Positions 50,537 through 63,341 of a stretch of 64,000 nucleotides of DNA are shown here, in pieces. The stretch is taken from the NCBI RefSeq assembly GCF_006345805.1, contig NC_043015.1:41478001-41542000 (forward strand), given 5' to 3'. Every line of letters starts with the position of its first letter. The first letter of the stretch is position 1. A program made the translations under genes and the position numbers. This DNA is from Octopus sinensis (taxonomy: Eukaryota). The notes beneath the pieces were generated by a model, which ran no database searches, was not told the origin of the DNA, and was given only the letters and a program-made list of their open reading frames with translations.

Positions 50537-50650
50537 TATTGATTGTATAGGAAATAAAATGTTGTAAATAAATATTCTTTAGGTTGAGTTTTCGAAAACT
50601 GACGTGTCTAATATTTAAATCATATCGAAGGATAATTTTCCTTTTTTTAG

Positions 50651-50779
50651 GCTGTTGAAAACATGGACGAGAAATTGTCTTCATTAAAAGAGTCTTTGAA
50701 AGAGAAAGATGATTTGAACACCAAACTAAAGGCCCTTGCTGTGAAAAGCAAAAAACAGGTGGAAGAGTTAAAGCACCAG
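50651..50779 (+). CDS. GCC2: GCC2-like exon AVENMDEKLSSLKESLKEKDDLNTKLKALAVKSKKQVEELKHQ (129 nt)
   Basis: ttcctttttttag acceptor, CAG|gtatgt donor. KLKALAVKSKK resembles GCC2 KIKLVAVKAKK (recalled). Confidence 0.9.
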
Positions 50780-51157
50780 GTATGTGAATGAAAACCATAA
50801 TTTCTGTTGAATAAGTTCTGGTACAGGTAAGAAGTTTGATTCCAAACTACACGGTTTAGAGGAGAAGCTGTCCAAAATGTTGAAGAATTTTAAGACAGTG
50901 GATCCCCAAATATTGTCTTCTTGAATATGTTGCTCTCTCTTAGACTTAGGAATTCCAAGAGAACATTATTTAGCTGATATATTGTTACTGAGACGTATTT
51001 CTAGATAAAGAGGAGACGAGTTTTCTTTAAGTTTAGGAAAGAATGGTTTCTGAAGGTTATAGTGTGTGGATGTTGTAGAGGTAGTAGTAGTAGTTAGTGG
51101 TGAATTAACACTGTATTGTTATGAGTCCTGTTGTGTTACAGTGTACAGTGTGTAACA

Positions 51158-51381
51158 CTGGCAGAAACGTTAGCACGCCGGGCGAAATGCTTAGCGGTGT
51201 TTCGTCTGCCGCTATGATCTGAGTTCAAATTCCGCCGAGGTCGACTTTGCCTTTCATTCTTTCGGGGTCGATAAATTAAGTACCAGTTACGCACTGGGGG
51301 TCGATGTAATCGACTTAATCCGTTTGTGTGTCCTTGTTTGTCCCCTCTGTGTTTAGCCCCTTGCGGGTAGTAAAGAAATAA
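51158..51381 (+). mobile_element. SINE family A, near-consensus copy
   Basis: A-box-like TGGCAGAAACGTTAG, B box GAGTTCAAATTCC, CpGs retained. Confidence 0.85.
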
Positions 51382-51867
51382 GTAACGTGTGTGTGTGGGG
51401 AAATAATGTAGTAGATAGTCTTATGGACTTATCAGTCTATTCTATGCCATTTTGAGTAAATTTTCAGTTAGGTTATACTTTGCTGATGATGCAAAAATAA
51501 GGCAGAAACATGTCTAGCCCCATAGAATTTAAACTGGCCATATCTGACCAAAATATTTTACCCGTTTTATGTTCATAGCAGCTAGATCCAGCCTCTCACA
51601 CCTAGCCTACAATGTCATATTAAAAAAAATTTAGTCACATCATTGAAATATTGCAAGACAAAGCATGATTAATTCAAAATAATGTGAATAAGTAAGGATT
51701 ACATTTGACAGAATAATCTGGATGCTAAAGGGCTAGAGGTGTCTTTCCTGTAGAAGATACGAGCACAATGTGGCCCTCAGTCCATACATGTTCTACTTTA
51801 GTTAACTTTACTGCTTGTAACGTCATTACAAGAACAACAGCAACAACATAAAAAAAGAAAGAATGTC

Positions 51868-52428
51868 TTGGGTTGTCCGGAAAGTTTGTGCCGATTTATA
51901 GTAGCTTACCTGTCGAATTATTTTAGAACATGGTTGAGTCCATGAAATAGGATTTGACTACACCTCCATTTAGAGCACAGTTTAAGCTATCTTTTCGGGG
52001 AAGAAGGTTTATGTTCCTATAACCTGTGTTAATTCTGTAACCCTTTAAAATGGAAGATAAGAGAGTTCATTTTCGGCACTTGATGCTTTGGGAACCAGAC
52101 AAAAATTGCTGCAGCTTGGCTGGGATGTGTTATCCCACCCTCCATATTCACCAGATATTGCTCCTTTGGATTTCCACTTATTCAGATCTCTGCAGAATAG
52201 TCTTGATGGTAAAAATTTCAATTCCTTGGATGATATAAAAAGATACCTTGATGAATTCTTTGCCATGAAACCATCTCAATTCTGGGAAGAGGGTATTTTC
52301 AAGTTAAAGATGGAGACGCATTGTGTAACAAAATGGTTCATATTTGGTTGATTAAAAATGTAATGCCAAGTATTTATTGACCTTTTTCTTTCGTTTAAAA
52401 ATCAGCACAAACTTTCCGGACAACCCAA
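51868..52428 (+). mobile_element. Internally deleted mariner (DD34D-type) element with both TIRs
   Basis: TIRs ttgggttgtccggaaagtttgtgccgattt / aaatcagcacaaactttccggacaacccaa-TA; MEDKRVHFRHLMLWE fused to QKLLQLGWDVLSHPPYSPDIAPLDFHLF. Confidence 0.9.
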
Positions 52429-52478
52429 TAGTTAAATATTTTCATTGATATTTTTTTTTTTTTCCGGTGAATTTACAG

Positions 52479-52598
52479 ATGGAAAAGTTGAAAGAAGAGA
52501 AACTAGCCATGGAGAAGAAAATGAAGGTTTCTTATGAAAAGCTGTGTCGAGTTGAGAACCAAAATATCGAGTCTGGGATACTTTCCACAAATTATGCA
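52479..52598 (+). CDS. GCC2: GCC2-like exon MEKLKEEKLAMEKK...GILSTNYA (120 nt)
   Basis: Poly-T tract plus atttacag acceptor, GCA|gtaagt donor, phase 0/0. Confidence 0.85.
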
Positions 52599-52984
52599 GT
52601 AAGTTTCTGTGTTTAGCAACATAGTATATTGTTTTTTTCTTTTTTTTATTATATATATATTTTTATCTCTTGTGATGCAACAGGAGACCTTGGAAGTACA
52701 TAGTTGCTGGCCCTCAATTTAAACATGGGTTTTGTCGCTTGACAAGCTGCAAGAGGTCCTCCCTAATGCCAATAGCATGCAATAAGCACAACTACATCCT
52801 ATAAAGTGTTTGGTGTTAGGAAGGGCATCCAGTCATTGAAATCATGCCAGAGCAGACACTGGAGCACAAAGCAGTCCTTGGGCCCATCAGATTCTGTCAA
52901 ACTGTCCAACCCATTCCAGGATGGAGCACAGATGTTCAGTGATGATTATGATACTTCAGTTCACTTCATATTCTTGCTTGATGA

Positions 52985-53222
52985 GGCTGGGGTCATCTCA
53001 GGTTAGTGGTCCCAAAAATGTCACCATGTTGAGCTGACCAGGTCCACCAATGCTCTCTGCTGGCGGTCCCATGCTGTTGAGCGTCTGGAGATCTTCCCCA
53101 ATCACTCCCAGCCATCTGGTGTGGGACCTGCCATGAGGCCTCTTCTAGCCCACAAATGCTGTGTCCAATGACAGTAAAGCCCTGATAGGATGATATAGTG
53201 GGAGACATACCAGCGCATGCGA
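52985..53222 (-). mobile_element. LINE (RTE/CR1-like) ORF2 C-terminal remnant
   Basis: Minus-strand RMRWY..HPIRALL..KRPHGRSHTRWLGVIGEDL resembles RWYGH..KRPRGRP..RW..DL. Confidence 0.5.
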
Positions 53223-53992
53223 CAATGATGATGATGATAAGGATGAAATTATGAGGTTTTCTTCTCTTCAGTTTTCACATAATTGTATACATATATATTG
53301 AGAGGGCCTGACGATTACAGTCCCTATCAGTCTATATATGTATACAATTATGTGATTTTAGCTCTTATTTCTAGCAATGTAGGTATATCTAATACCGTAG
53401 TCACATTTAGTAATGGTTATATATATGTGTGTTAGTGTATTTATATATATATATATATATAGTTGGAATTTATTGAAAAACAAAAGATGAAGACAGGTGT
53501 ATGAACAACAAACAGGTGTATTAGTTTGATGCTTGGGAAAGTGAGATAGTCTTTTACATTTCAAGCCTGTACTCCTTTCAACTGAAAGGTATTTGAGGAA
53601 ATAAAACAGAGAATAAAAAAAGCTTATGGATTCAGTGATCAATCACATATATATATCATCATCATCATCATCATCATCATCATTTAGCATCCGTTTTCCA
53701 TGCTAGCATGGGTTGGACGGTTCTACTGGGGTCTGTGAAGCCAGAAGGCTTCATCAGGCCCAGTCAAATCTGGCAGTGTTTCTACGGCTGGATGCCCTTC
53801 CTAACGCCAACCACTCCATGAGTGTAGTGGGTGCTTTTTACATGCCACCCGCACTGGTGCCAGACAGAGCTGGCAAACGGCCACGAACGGATGGTGCTTT
53901 TTATGTGCCACCGGCACGAGGGCCAGGCGAGGCTGGCAACGGACACGAAACGGGGCGGTGCTGGCAACGGTCACGAAACGGAAAGTTCTCTT

Positions 53993-54186
53993 ACATGCCA
54001 CCGGCACTGGTAACACATCTGCAATTTCCATTGATCGATTTCGATTCTGATCCTCACTTGCCTCAATGGGTCTTCACAAGCAGAGTTTCGACATGCCACC
54101 GGCACTGGTAGCACATCCGCAATTTCCATTGATCGATTTCGATTCTGATCCTCACTTGCCTCAACACGTCTTCACAAGTAGAGTTT
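53993..54186. repeat. 98-bp tandem duplication inside a family D repeat
   Basis: acatgccaccggcactggta..caatttccattgatcgatttcgattctgatcctcacttgcctcaa at 53993 and 54091. Confidence 0.85.
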
Positions 54187-54314
54187 TGTGTCCCAAGAAG
54201 GGAAGGTATGCATACGTAGGCTGGCTCCATCCCATGTAGAAGGCCACGGGTTGTGGACTCACTTGTCCTGCCGGGTCTTCTCGCACACAGCACACTTCCA
54301 GAGGTCTCGGTCTC

Positions 54315-54354
<40 letters not shown>

Positions 54355-55481
54355 TTACACGTGCACACACATTCACAAATACACATATACATATACACAT
54401 ACAATCATGCATACATACATATGAACATACTCATATAAGTAAATACATGCACACACACACATATGCATATATACATACATATAATCATTGATGCATTACA
54501 TCCTCCATTCATCTTCCCACCCTCATACAACTACACACACACTGCATTACAGCCATTCCTTCATACACACACACACACCAAAACATACACACACACACCA
54601 AGACATACACACACACACCAAGACATACACACACACACACCAAGACATACACACACACACACCAAGACATACACACACACACACCAAGACATACACACAC
54701 ATGCCAAGATATACACGCACACGCCAAGACACACACACACACACACAATTCAGGTCCTTTCTTCATATATCCTTGTTTAATTAATTAATTAATTGTCTCC
54801 AAACAGGAACCTTGTGCAATATCGAACCATTTGTGTCTTCTCTGAATTTGTTTCCTCACAACAATTCGTCTGACGTATTTACAGTAAAAATCCTCATCGA
54901 TGAAATTGTCTGCTATCAATAATAAATTAACAGGAGTGCATCAATTAATGAGTTGATGGATTAATTAAGCAAAGTGAATGATTCTTGAGACAAGAAGAGA
55001 CGACCTACTTATTGATTTGGCTGAGTGTGTATGTGTGCACACGTGATGTGTGTGCATGCATGTGTGTATGTGTGTGTGTGTGTGTGGTGTTTTGGTTTGG
55101 TCACTGGACAGCTTTGGTCAAAAGTAATCCAGCCATGGTCGTCCTTTTGTTTGTGTCGTTTGGAGACATAATCTCTTTAGATTTACATTTTACCTAATAT
55201 GTCCTTAGAGTTACATTATTTGATGTGTCCTTCTTTTTCAGGTATCAGTGGTTGTAATTTGAGTAAAATTTGGTTGTTATTTCCGGGAAGTAGGGTGACC
55301 ACTTTTGTTGACTTATGTATGGACAATATTGGTGGCATGGAGAAGGGAGGCTGGTATGCATGGATGACTAATGGTCTTCCATAAACATCCCTTCCTGGAC
55401 TTGTGCCTTAGAGGGTAACATTCTAGGTGTAATCCCATGGTCATTCATGACTGAAGGGGTCTTTACCCTGTATCATGTGAA

Positions 55482-55822
55482 GGTGCATAGCTCAATGGTT
55501 AGAGCGTCGGGCTTGCGATCATGAGGATGTGAATTTGATTCTCGGACTGGGCTGTTATGTTATGTTCTTGAGCAAGACACTTTATTTTCACATTGCCCCA
55601 GTTCATTCAGCTGTAGAAATGAGTTGCAAAGTCACTGGTGCCAAGCTGTATCGGCCCCTTTGCCTTTCCCTTGGATAACATCTGTGGCATGAGGAGGGGA
55701 GGCTGGTATGCATGACAACTATTGGTCTTCCATAAACAAACTTATCTGGACTTATGCCTCGGATGGGAACTTTCTAGATGCAATCTCATGGTCATTCCTG
55801 ACCGAAAGGGGTCTTTACCCTG
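55482..55822 (+). mobile_element. SINE family B, preceded by a partial 3' copy (about 55325-55470)
   Basis: Homologous to 22991-23314. Confidence 0.8.
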
Positions 55823-56275
55823 TTTACCAGTTCAAATATGTTTGGGGTATATTGGAACCTACAAGATAGCCTTTGATTCTGTTTTGACTCGGAGAAAAAT
55901 TCTTGCTGTAGATAAATGGTTTTGCTGTATTTTGGTTATTTTGTTTCAAGAATATTTGAACTGCAAATAATTTTGTATTTCTACACGTCACTGATTAGCT
56001 CTGCCACCTTGAAACAGGTGTAGTTTCCAAATTTTCCATAACATGTCAGATGTGGATCATGTTGGCTCTGTACAAATGTTATCATCTGTGCTGGTGGAAC
56101 CAACACGGGAGCCCTGGTGGCAGAAGCTGGCAACTGACTCATTGGACTCCGACGAAAGTGTAAGATCGCTCCCACCAACATTTTCATCATCCTGCCAAGG
56201 TTCATACCCAGAATTGAACCCATGGTATTATAACTGGACCCAATGTCCTAACCACTTGGCCACTTCACACTCACA

Positions 56276-56340
<65 letters not shown>

Positions 56341-56599
56341 TAATTGCTGAGTTTGTGATTTAGACATTCTTTTCTTGTTTCCATAGGTTGAAAATAGTTC
56401 CAAGGTAATTAGGGCGATTATTTTTCTTCCTTTTGGCTTTTTTTTTTGTTCCAGCAATGTGGGATTTAGGAATACAATGACATTGTCTTGTTTCCTTTGG
56501 GTTTCACTAAACTGGTTGTGGTGGGCTTTTCATGTCACATTTCATAAAGACTCAGATCTCTGTCTGTTTTGCTTTGCGTCTTAATAACATACTTCTGGT

Positions 56600-57085
56600 T
56601 GTCTGTCTCTCTTTCTCTCTCCGTCTCTATCCCTCCTTCCATATTCTTTCTCATTATCTCTCTCCCTCTCTTTCTCTATCTCCCTCTCTTTATCTCTCTC
56701 CCTCTCCTTATCTCTCTCCCTCTCTTTATCTCTCTCCCTCTCTTTATGTCTCTCCCTCTCTTTATGTCTCTCCCTCTCTTTCTCTATCTCCCTCTCTTTA
56801 TCTCTCTCCCTCTCTTTATGTTTCTCCCTCTCTTTCTCTATCACCCTCTCTTTCTCTATCTCCCTCCATCTCTCTATCTCTCTCTATCTCCCTCCCTCCC
56901 TCTCTTTCTCTCTCTCCCTCTCTCTCTTTCTCTCTCTCCCTCCCTCTCTCTCTCCCTCTCTTTCTCTCTCTCCCTCCCTCTCTCTCTCCCTCTCTTTTTC
57001 TATCTACCTCCCTCTCTCTCCCTCTCCCTCTCTACCTCTTCTCCCTCTCTACCTCTTCTCTCTCTCTACCTCTTCTCCCTCTCTT
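56600..57085. repeat. Polypyrimidine (CT-rich) low-complexity tract with a 14-bp unit TCTCCCTCTCTTTA
   Basis: Direct reading; explains ORFs 56532, 56569 and 56581. Confidence 0.9.
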
Positions 57086-57089
57086 TCTC

Positions 57090-58830
57090 TATCGGGACAG
57101 ACGCAACCAGGTTATCTGCCCACCTACTTAACATTCAATGACCATAATGCTTATGCTTACAACATTGATAACACTAGCTCCTATCTCCAGTAGGGGCAAC
57201 AATCTTAACATTCCTGAATGCTTTAATGTTGTCAGGTTAGAAGAGAGAACAGATGAAGTATGCCTAAAAAACGAACACCACAACAACCCTCTTCTTTTCA
57301 GGTGCTGAATAACATCCCTCCTCCCCAAACCTCACACTGAAAGGTAGGTCTAGTGAGATTGTAGAAATGCTTGAAAGGAGACAGGTTGATGTATGCTGCG
57401 TACAAGAGGTAAGATGGAGAGGAGCTTCAGCTAGGGTCCTCACAGGCAAGGCACATAGGTATAAAGTCTTCTGGCAAGGTAACATGGATGGTGTAAGGGG
57501 TGTAGGCATACTCCTTGCAGAGAAATGGGTGGATAAGGTCATAGAGGTTGTTAGGGTATGCGATAGAGTGCTTAAGCTCAGTGGCCATGGTATTGGCACA
57601 TGAAACGATGAGGGAACCAGGTTACTGAAGTTCTGTGATGCATGTAACCTTTTAATCTGCAACACTAACTTCAGGAAGCCAGACAGCCACCTTATAACCT
57701 ATCAATTAGGGGACTCCACTAGCCAGATTGATTTCATCCTCACCAAACAGCGGGATGCAGGGTTGCTCTTAAATACAAAGACCCTCCCGGGTGAAGAATG
57801 TATCCCCCAGCATGGGCTAGTCATTAGTGACTTTAAGCTCGAGGCCGGAAGGATATCAATAAGTAAACCAATCCAAAAAAGAAGGATTTGGAAACTAAAG
57901 AACCCTTCACATGGTCAGAGATTTAGGGACATCCTCATCAAGAAATTTCAGGAGAGGGAGGAGGAGCTACAGACATCGGACATAAAAGGTATCTGGAAAT
58001 TCCTACAGTACAGCTTGATGAGTGCCACAGACTAAGTCTGTGGATGGTGCAAAGTCCCTTCCAAACCTAGAGTTACATGGTGGTGGAATAGTACAGTAGA
58101 CAAGGCCGTTAGGGCAAAGAAACAGGCCTGGAAAACCTGGAAGGATGTGGGTAGCAGCGAACGGTACCAGGTAGCCAAAAGGGAGGCCGGGTGGCAGGTA
58201 TACATAGCCAAGGGCGAAGCAGAAAAGAAGTTTGCCAATGTCCAGCGACATGAGGACCAAAGAACTGAGGTATTTCGGATTGCTAGACAGTGTGTGAGAG
58301 AAAATTGTGATGTTACAGGAGAGAAATGTGTCCGCATGGATGATGGTGCACTTACTTTTAATGATTCTGGAAAGAAAGAGGCTTGGAGAAGACATTAGGA
58401 AAGACTGCTGGATGTAGAGAATGAATGGGAGGAGGAGAGCCTGCCAAATGTTGAGCCAGTAGAAGGGCCAGCTATCCAAATAGACAGTTCCCTGGTAGAT
58501 AAAGCATTTAAAGGTATGAAGCCAGGAAGAGCCCCCGGCCCATCTGGAATCACTGCTGAGATGCTTAAAACATCTGGTGGTGTGGGCTATGGCCTAGTAA
58601 CCCGCATTGTAAACCAGGTGGTACATGATGGAGTCATGCCTAATGACTGGCGTAGCAGCATCATAGTCAACTGCTACAAGAGTAAAGGTGATGCTCTAGA
58701 TAGAAATAACTACAGGGGTATCAAACTGCTGGATCAAGGTCATGGAGAGGGTCATAGCCCATCTCATTAGGGAGAGAGTCTGCTTAGATGAGATGCAGTT
58801 CAGTTTTGTGCTGGGTAGAAGCACCACTGA
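57090..58830 (+). mobile_element. RTE-clade LINE pseudogene fragment (APE endonuclease to start of RT)
   Basis: LERRQVDVCCVQEVRWRG..GVGILL; SQIDFIL; HGLVISDF; WWWNS; KPGRAPGPSGITAEMLK; PNDWRSSIIVNCYKSKGD..NNYRGIKLL; DEMQFSFVLGRSTT; with stops, frameshifts and deletions. Confidence 0.9.
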
Positions 58831-59119
58831 AAATTAAAAAAATGGGTCAGATGTGGGGCTCTGACTCATCTGGAAGGACAGTAAATACCTCTGAAGAAGA
58901 AATTAAAATTTGGAAAATTTTAATTTGGCTTATTTGTAATCTCCGACATGTAAAACCTAGGAATCCAAAGAAATTTTTTTCCCCCAAAAATGCATTTTTG
59001 AAGGTGAGGTGCGAAATTGCATTGGCCCCACACAGATTAGAAGCAGCACAAGTTCCCATGTAAATATTCTGGGAATAAAAGCAATGTTGACTATTTTTTT
59101 GTGATTATCTTTTTTTTAG

Positions 59120-59308
59120 TGTCTGCAGCAGGAATATGACAAGCTGCATGATAATTGGGAAGACGAGAAGAAGAAATGTCAGAAGCTCGAGAAAGACTTG
59201 CAGCAGATTGTGTCCGAGCTGACGGATCTCAAATTGAAGCATATCAGCTTGAAAGAGGACAAGGATAAGGTCAACCAGCAGTTGGAGGCCACGTCGGCTG
59301 AGAATAAG
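59120..59308 (+). CDS. GCC2: GCC2-like exon CLQQEYDKLHDNWEDEKKK...EATSAENK (189 nt)
   Basis: tcttttttttag acceptor, AAG|gtaaga donor. NYA|CLQQEYDK aligns with GCC2 SYKNLLLEYEK (recalled). In-frame CAG acceptors are also possible at 59128 and 59131. Confidence 0.88.
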
Positions 59309-60150
59309 GTAAGACATGGAAATGACTTTCAAGTTCTTCATCATCGTTATCATCATCATCATAGCCATCGACTTCATCGCCGTTGTCGTCACAGTCATTG
59401 TTATTACATCATAACCATCATCATTAGCATCACCGTAACTATCATCATTGTCATCACCACCACCATCATTACCACCTATAATCATGTCCATTGTTGTTGG
59501 TGGTGGCACTGGTGGCACCAGCCTAGTGACGCCACCACGACCCATTGTCATCATCATCATCATCGATGGAAGGATGTGATGAAAAAGGTGGGTGCTAGTA
59601 ACCCAGCTTAATCATCGAGGAAAGGAAAAGCGAGCTGCTGGGCTTATAGGCTGCTGGGTTCTTTTTTTTTCTTTTTTTATATTCTTCATTTCTTCTGTTT
59701 ATGATTTTTATTAAAAAAAAACCCAGTTCCAGTGAAAAATTTTTCAAATTAATTATTTCATTAAATTATATATAAGTAAATTTTTATTATAATCTGGCCC
59801 TTGTGCCGGTAGCATGTAAAAGCACCCACTGCACTCTCAGAGTGGTTGGTGTTAGGAAGGGCATCCAGCTGTAGAAACTTTGCCAGATCAAGATTGGAGC
59901 CTGGTGCAGTCATCTGGTTTGCCAGTCCTCAGTCAAAATCGTCCAACCCATGCTAGCATGGAAAGCGGATGTTAAACAATGATGATGATGATGATGATGA
60001 TTTGAACTCATCCAACATTTTGTATTTGTCTGTCTTGTAAAGTCCCCATTCTATGTTCCGATCCTATGTGATCCTAATAATGATTTCATCATCATGATCA
60101 TATACATTATCCTTCCATCTATGATCATCATCAGCATTGTCATCATTACC

Positions 60151-60181
<31 letters not shown>

Positions 60182-60367
60182 CTCATCATTACTACCATTG
60201 TTATCTGTAACATTACCTACATCACCGTCTCATTTTTTGTTGTCATTGTCCTCCTCCTCCTCATCTTCATCATCGTCATCACCAATTTGCTGTCTTTTAT
60301 ACACACTTCAAGCAGTGTCTGTCCAATGTATTTATGCTAAACAAACACCAACATTTTTGTGTTTCAG

Positions 60368-60475
60368 TCTTTAGAAAACCAAATCAGTGAAATAAACTCC
60401 AAACTAAATCTCCTGGAGAAGGACAAAGATTCTCAGAGGATTCAAAAGGAGGAAATCTTGAAAGAGAAAACTGAG
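60368..60475 (+). CDS. GCC2: GCC2-like exon SLENQISEINSKLNLLEKDKDSQRIQKEEILKEKTE (108 nt)
   Basis: tttttgtgtttcag acceptor, GAG|gtaagc donor, phase 0/0. Confidence 0.88.
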
Positions 60476-61084
60476 GTAAGCTATTTATAGTTAGCATTAA
60501 CCTAGTCATCACCTCTTGTCTCTACATCCGTTTCGCGAGTGTTTTTTGTTTGTACTGTCTTCAGTCTTTTGGCTTGTATTCTTCTTAAATGTGTTCCTCT
60601 TTTTCTCTTTCTGCTCTTGGATTGTCTTTCTTGAAGGAGCCTTTGTGCTGTCACTTGACCTGCTGGAAATAACAACCAATTTTCCTTCAAATCTGGCCTA
60701 AATATTCTACCTGTTTTATGTTAAAACTGACCAGATCCAACCTCTCACACCTACCCTACAATGTCATTCTAAAAATATACAAACATACAATTGAAATCTC
60801 AAAGCTATCAGATAACGAGTGATTAATTCAAAACAATGTGAATAAATAAGCAATACGTTTCGTTAGAAAATGAATGCTAAAGTGTTAAACAATCTGAGAG
60901 ACAGAAAAGATACAAGTGCAGGAATGGCTGTATGGTTAAGAAGTTCACTTTGCAGCCTCCTGGTTTCAGGTTCAGTCCTACTGCACAACATCTTGGGCTA
61001 GTGTCTTCTACTGCTGTCTTGGGCTGACCAAAGCCTTGTGAGTGAACTTGGTTGAGTGATACTGAATAGAAATATTTTATGGCC

Positions 61085-61705
61085 TTGGAAAGCCTGGCAT
61101 TCAGATGCAGGAAACCTTGGCATTCAGATGCAGGAAACCTCGGCATACAGTGCAAGAAACCTTGGCATTTAGATGCAGGAAACCATGGCATTCAGATGCA
61201 GGAAACCTTGGCATTCAGTGCAAGAAACCATGGCATTTGGATGCAGGAAACCATGGCATTCAGTGCAAGAAACCTTGGCATTTGGATGCAGGAAACCTTG
61301 ACATCCGGATGCAGGAAACTTTGGCATTCAGATGCAGGAAACCTTGGCATTCAGATGCAGGAAACGTCGGCATTCAGATGCAGGAAACCTTGGCATTTGG
61401 ATGCCGGAAACCTTGACATCCGGATGCAGGAAACCTTGACATTCAGATGCAGGAAACCTTGGCATTCAGTGTAAGAAACCTTGGCATTTAGATGCAGGAA
61501 ACGTCAGCATTCGGATGCAGGAAATCACGGCATTCGGATGCAGGAAACCTTGGCATTCGGATGCAGGAAACCTTGGCACTCAGATGCAGGAAACCCTGAT
61601 ATTTGGATGCAGGAAAGCCTGGCATTCAGTGCAGGAAACCTTGGCATTTGGATGCAGGAAATCCCAGCATTCGGATGCAGGAAACCTTGACATTCAGATG
61701 CAGTT
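61085..61705. repeat. 23-bp minisatellite GGCATTCAGATGCAGGAAACCTT (21-bp variants), about 27 copies
   Basis: Direct reading; its translation repeats every 23 codons (3 units). Confidence 0.95.
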
Positions 61706-61950
61706 TTAATAAAATAAAATATAAATTGGGATTTCTGTGAAAGCACATCGGATGATGTGTGATGTTGTATTTGGTCCTTATGTCTGGAACAAGGTGTTTA
61801 GAGTACGTGTGTGGGTGAGACCTGTGTGTTTGTTGTAAATTGAAAGAAGGGGCGAAGGGTGCTGCTGTCTCTGTTGGGGTCTGTGTTGTTTTGCTGTTGT
61901 GGTTTGAGATGAAAATACTCAGCCAAAAGAATCTGGTTGCTCTTCTCTAG

Positions 61951-62055
61951 ATTGCTGCCAAAGTCCTGGAACTTGAAAATCAACTGGAAACTGTTAACGT
62001 AGAGAAGTCCAAGTCACTCAACAAACTCCAAGAACAATTGCAGACGGCTAAAATA
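61951..62055 (+). CDS. GCC2: GCC2-like exon IAAKVLELENQLETVNVEKSKSLNKLQEQLQTAKI (105 nt)
   Basis: tgctcttctctag acceptor, ATA|gtaagt donor, phase 0/0. Confidence 0.88.
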
Positions 62056-62626
62056 GTAAGTTCCATCATTTTTGTACAGTTTGCATTTTAAAATCCCTGT
62101 TTGTATCATCATCATCACAATTGTTGTTCTGTTGTCCTTTTTGTTTCCATACTTGCATGGATCGGATGGAATTTGTTATGGCAGATTTCCAAGGGCCAGA
62201 CGCCTTTCCTGTCACCAACCCTCACTTGTTTGCTAGTGAGGTAATATTTCCTCATGGCCAGACATGTTTTCCATGGAAGACTAGAAATAAACAACCTCGC
62301 TTGTATGATGGTGAGGCTTGTTTACAACCACCACACGAAGTCAATACATGCATACACACATACACAAGCTCACACATGCACATATGTACATGACTGGCTT
62401 CTTTTCGTTTCTGTCTACCACATCCACTCATAAGGCATTGGTTGTCCTTGGGCTATAGAAGAGGGCACCTGCCTAATGCATGTGCATACACACACACCAT
62501 GTCAAAACAGACAATGGAGTCTGGTGCAGCCCCCGGACTTACCAGCCCCTCTCAAACCGTCCAATGCATGCCAGCATGGAAAATGGACATTAAATGATGA
62601 TGATCACACACACACACATATAGGCT

Positions 62627-63000
62627 CAGGAGTGGCTGTGTGATAAGTAACTTGTTTACAAACCACAGGGTTCTGGGTTCAGTCCCACTGCATGACACCT
62701 TAGGCAAGTGTCTTCCACTATAGCCTCAGACCGATCAAAGCCTTGTGAGTGTATTTGGTAGACGGAAACTGAAAGGAGCCCATCATGTGTGTCTGTGTGT
62801 TTTGTGTCTATGTTTGTTCCCCCACCATTGCTTGACAACCGATGTTGGTGTGTTTACATCCTTGTCACTTAGCAGTTTGGCAAAAAGAGACCAATAGAAT
62901 AGGTACTAGGCTTACAAAGAATACGTCCTGGGGTTGATTTGTTCGACTAAAGGCAGTGCTCCAGCATGGCCACAGTCAAATGACTGAAACAAGTAAAAGA
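62627..63000 (+). mobile_element. SINE family C
   Basis: Homologous to 29520-29923. Confidence 0.8.
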
Positions 63001-63016
63001 AAAAAATATATATATG

Positions 63017-63046
<30 letters not shown>

Positions 63047-63048
<2 letters not shown>

Positions 63049-63263
63049 TTCTTTACTACCCACAAGGGGCTAAACACAGAAGGAACAAACAAGGACAGAC
63101 AAACGGATTAAGTCGATTAGATCGATCCCAGTGCGTAACTGGTACTTATTTAATCGACCCCGAAAGGATGAAAGGGAAAGTCGACCTTGGCGGAATTTGA
63201 ACTCAGAACGTAACGGCACACGAAATACTGCGAAGCAGTTCGCCCGTCGTGCTAACGTTTCTG
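63047..63263 (-). mobile_element. SINE family A
   Basis: Family motif, 5' truncated. Confidence 0.8.
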
Positions 63264-63341
63264 CTATATATATGTATGTATATGTTTGTATATATGTAAT
63301 GTTTCACTGCTAATTTTTGCATTTGTCTGCTACAATTTCAG

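Noticed and set aside
56532-57141. S/P/L-rich and E/R-rich ORFs
   Set aside because: CT/GA low-complexity tract
61085-61705. CRISPR-like array of partly palindromic repeats
   Set aside because: Units are contiguous with no unique spacers, there are no cas genes, and the context is a eukaryotic intron
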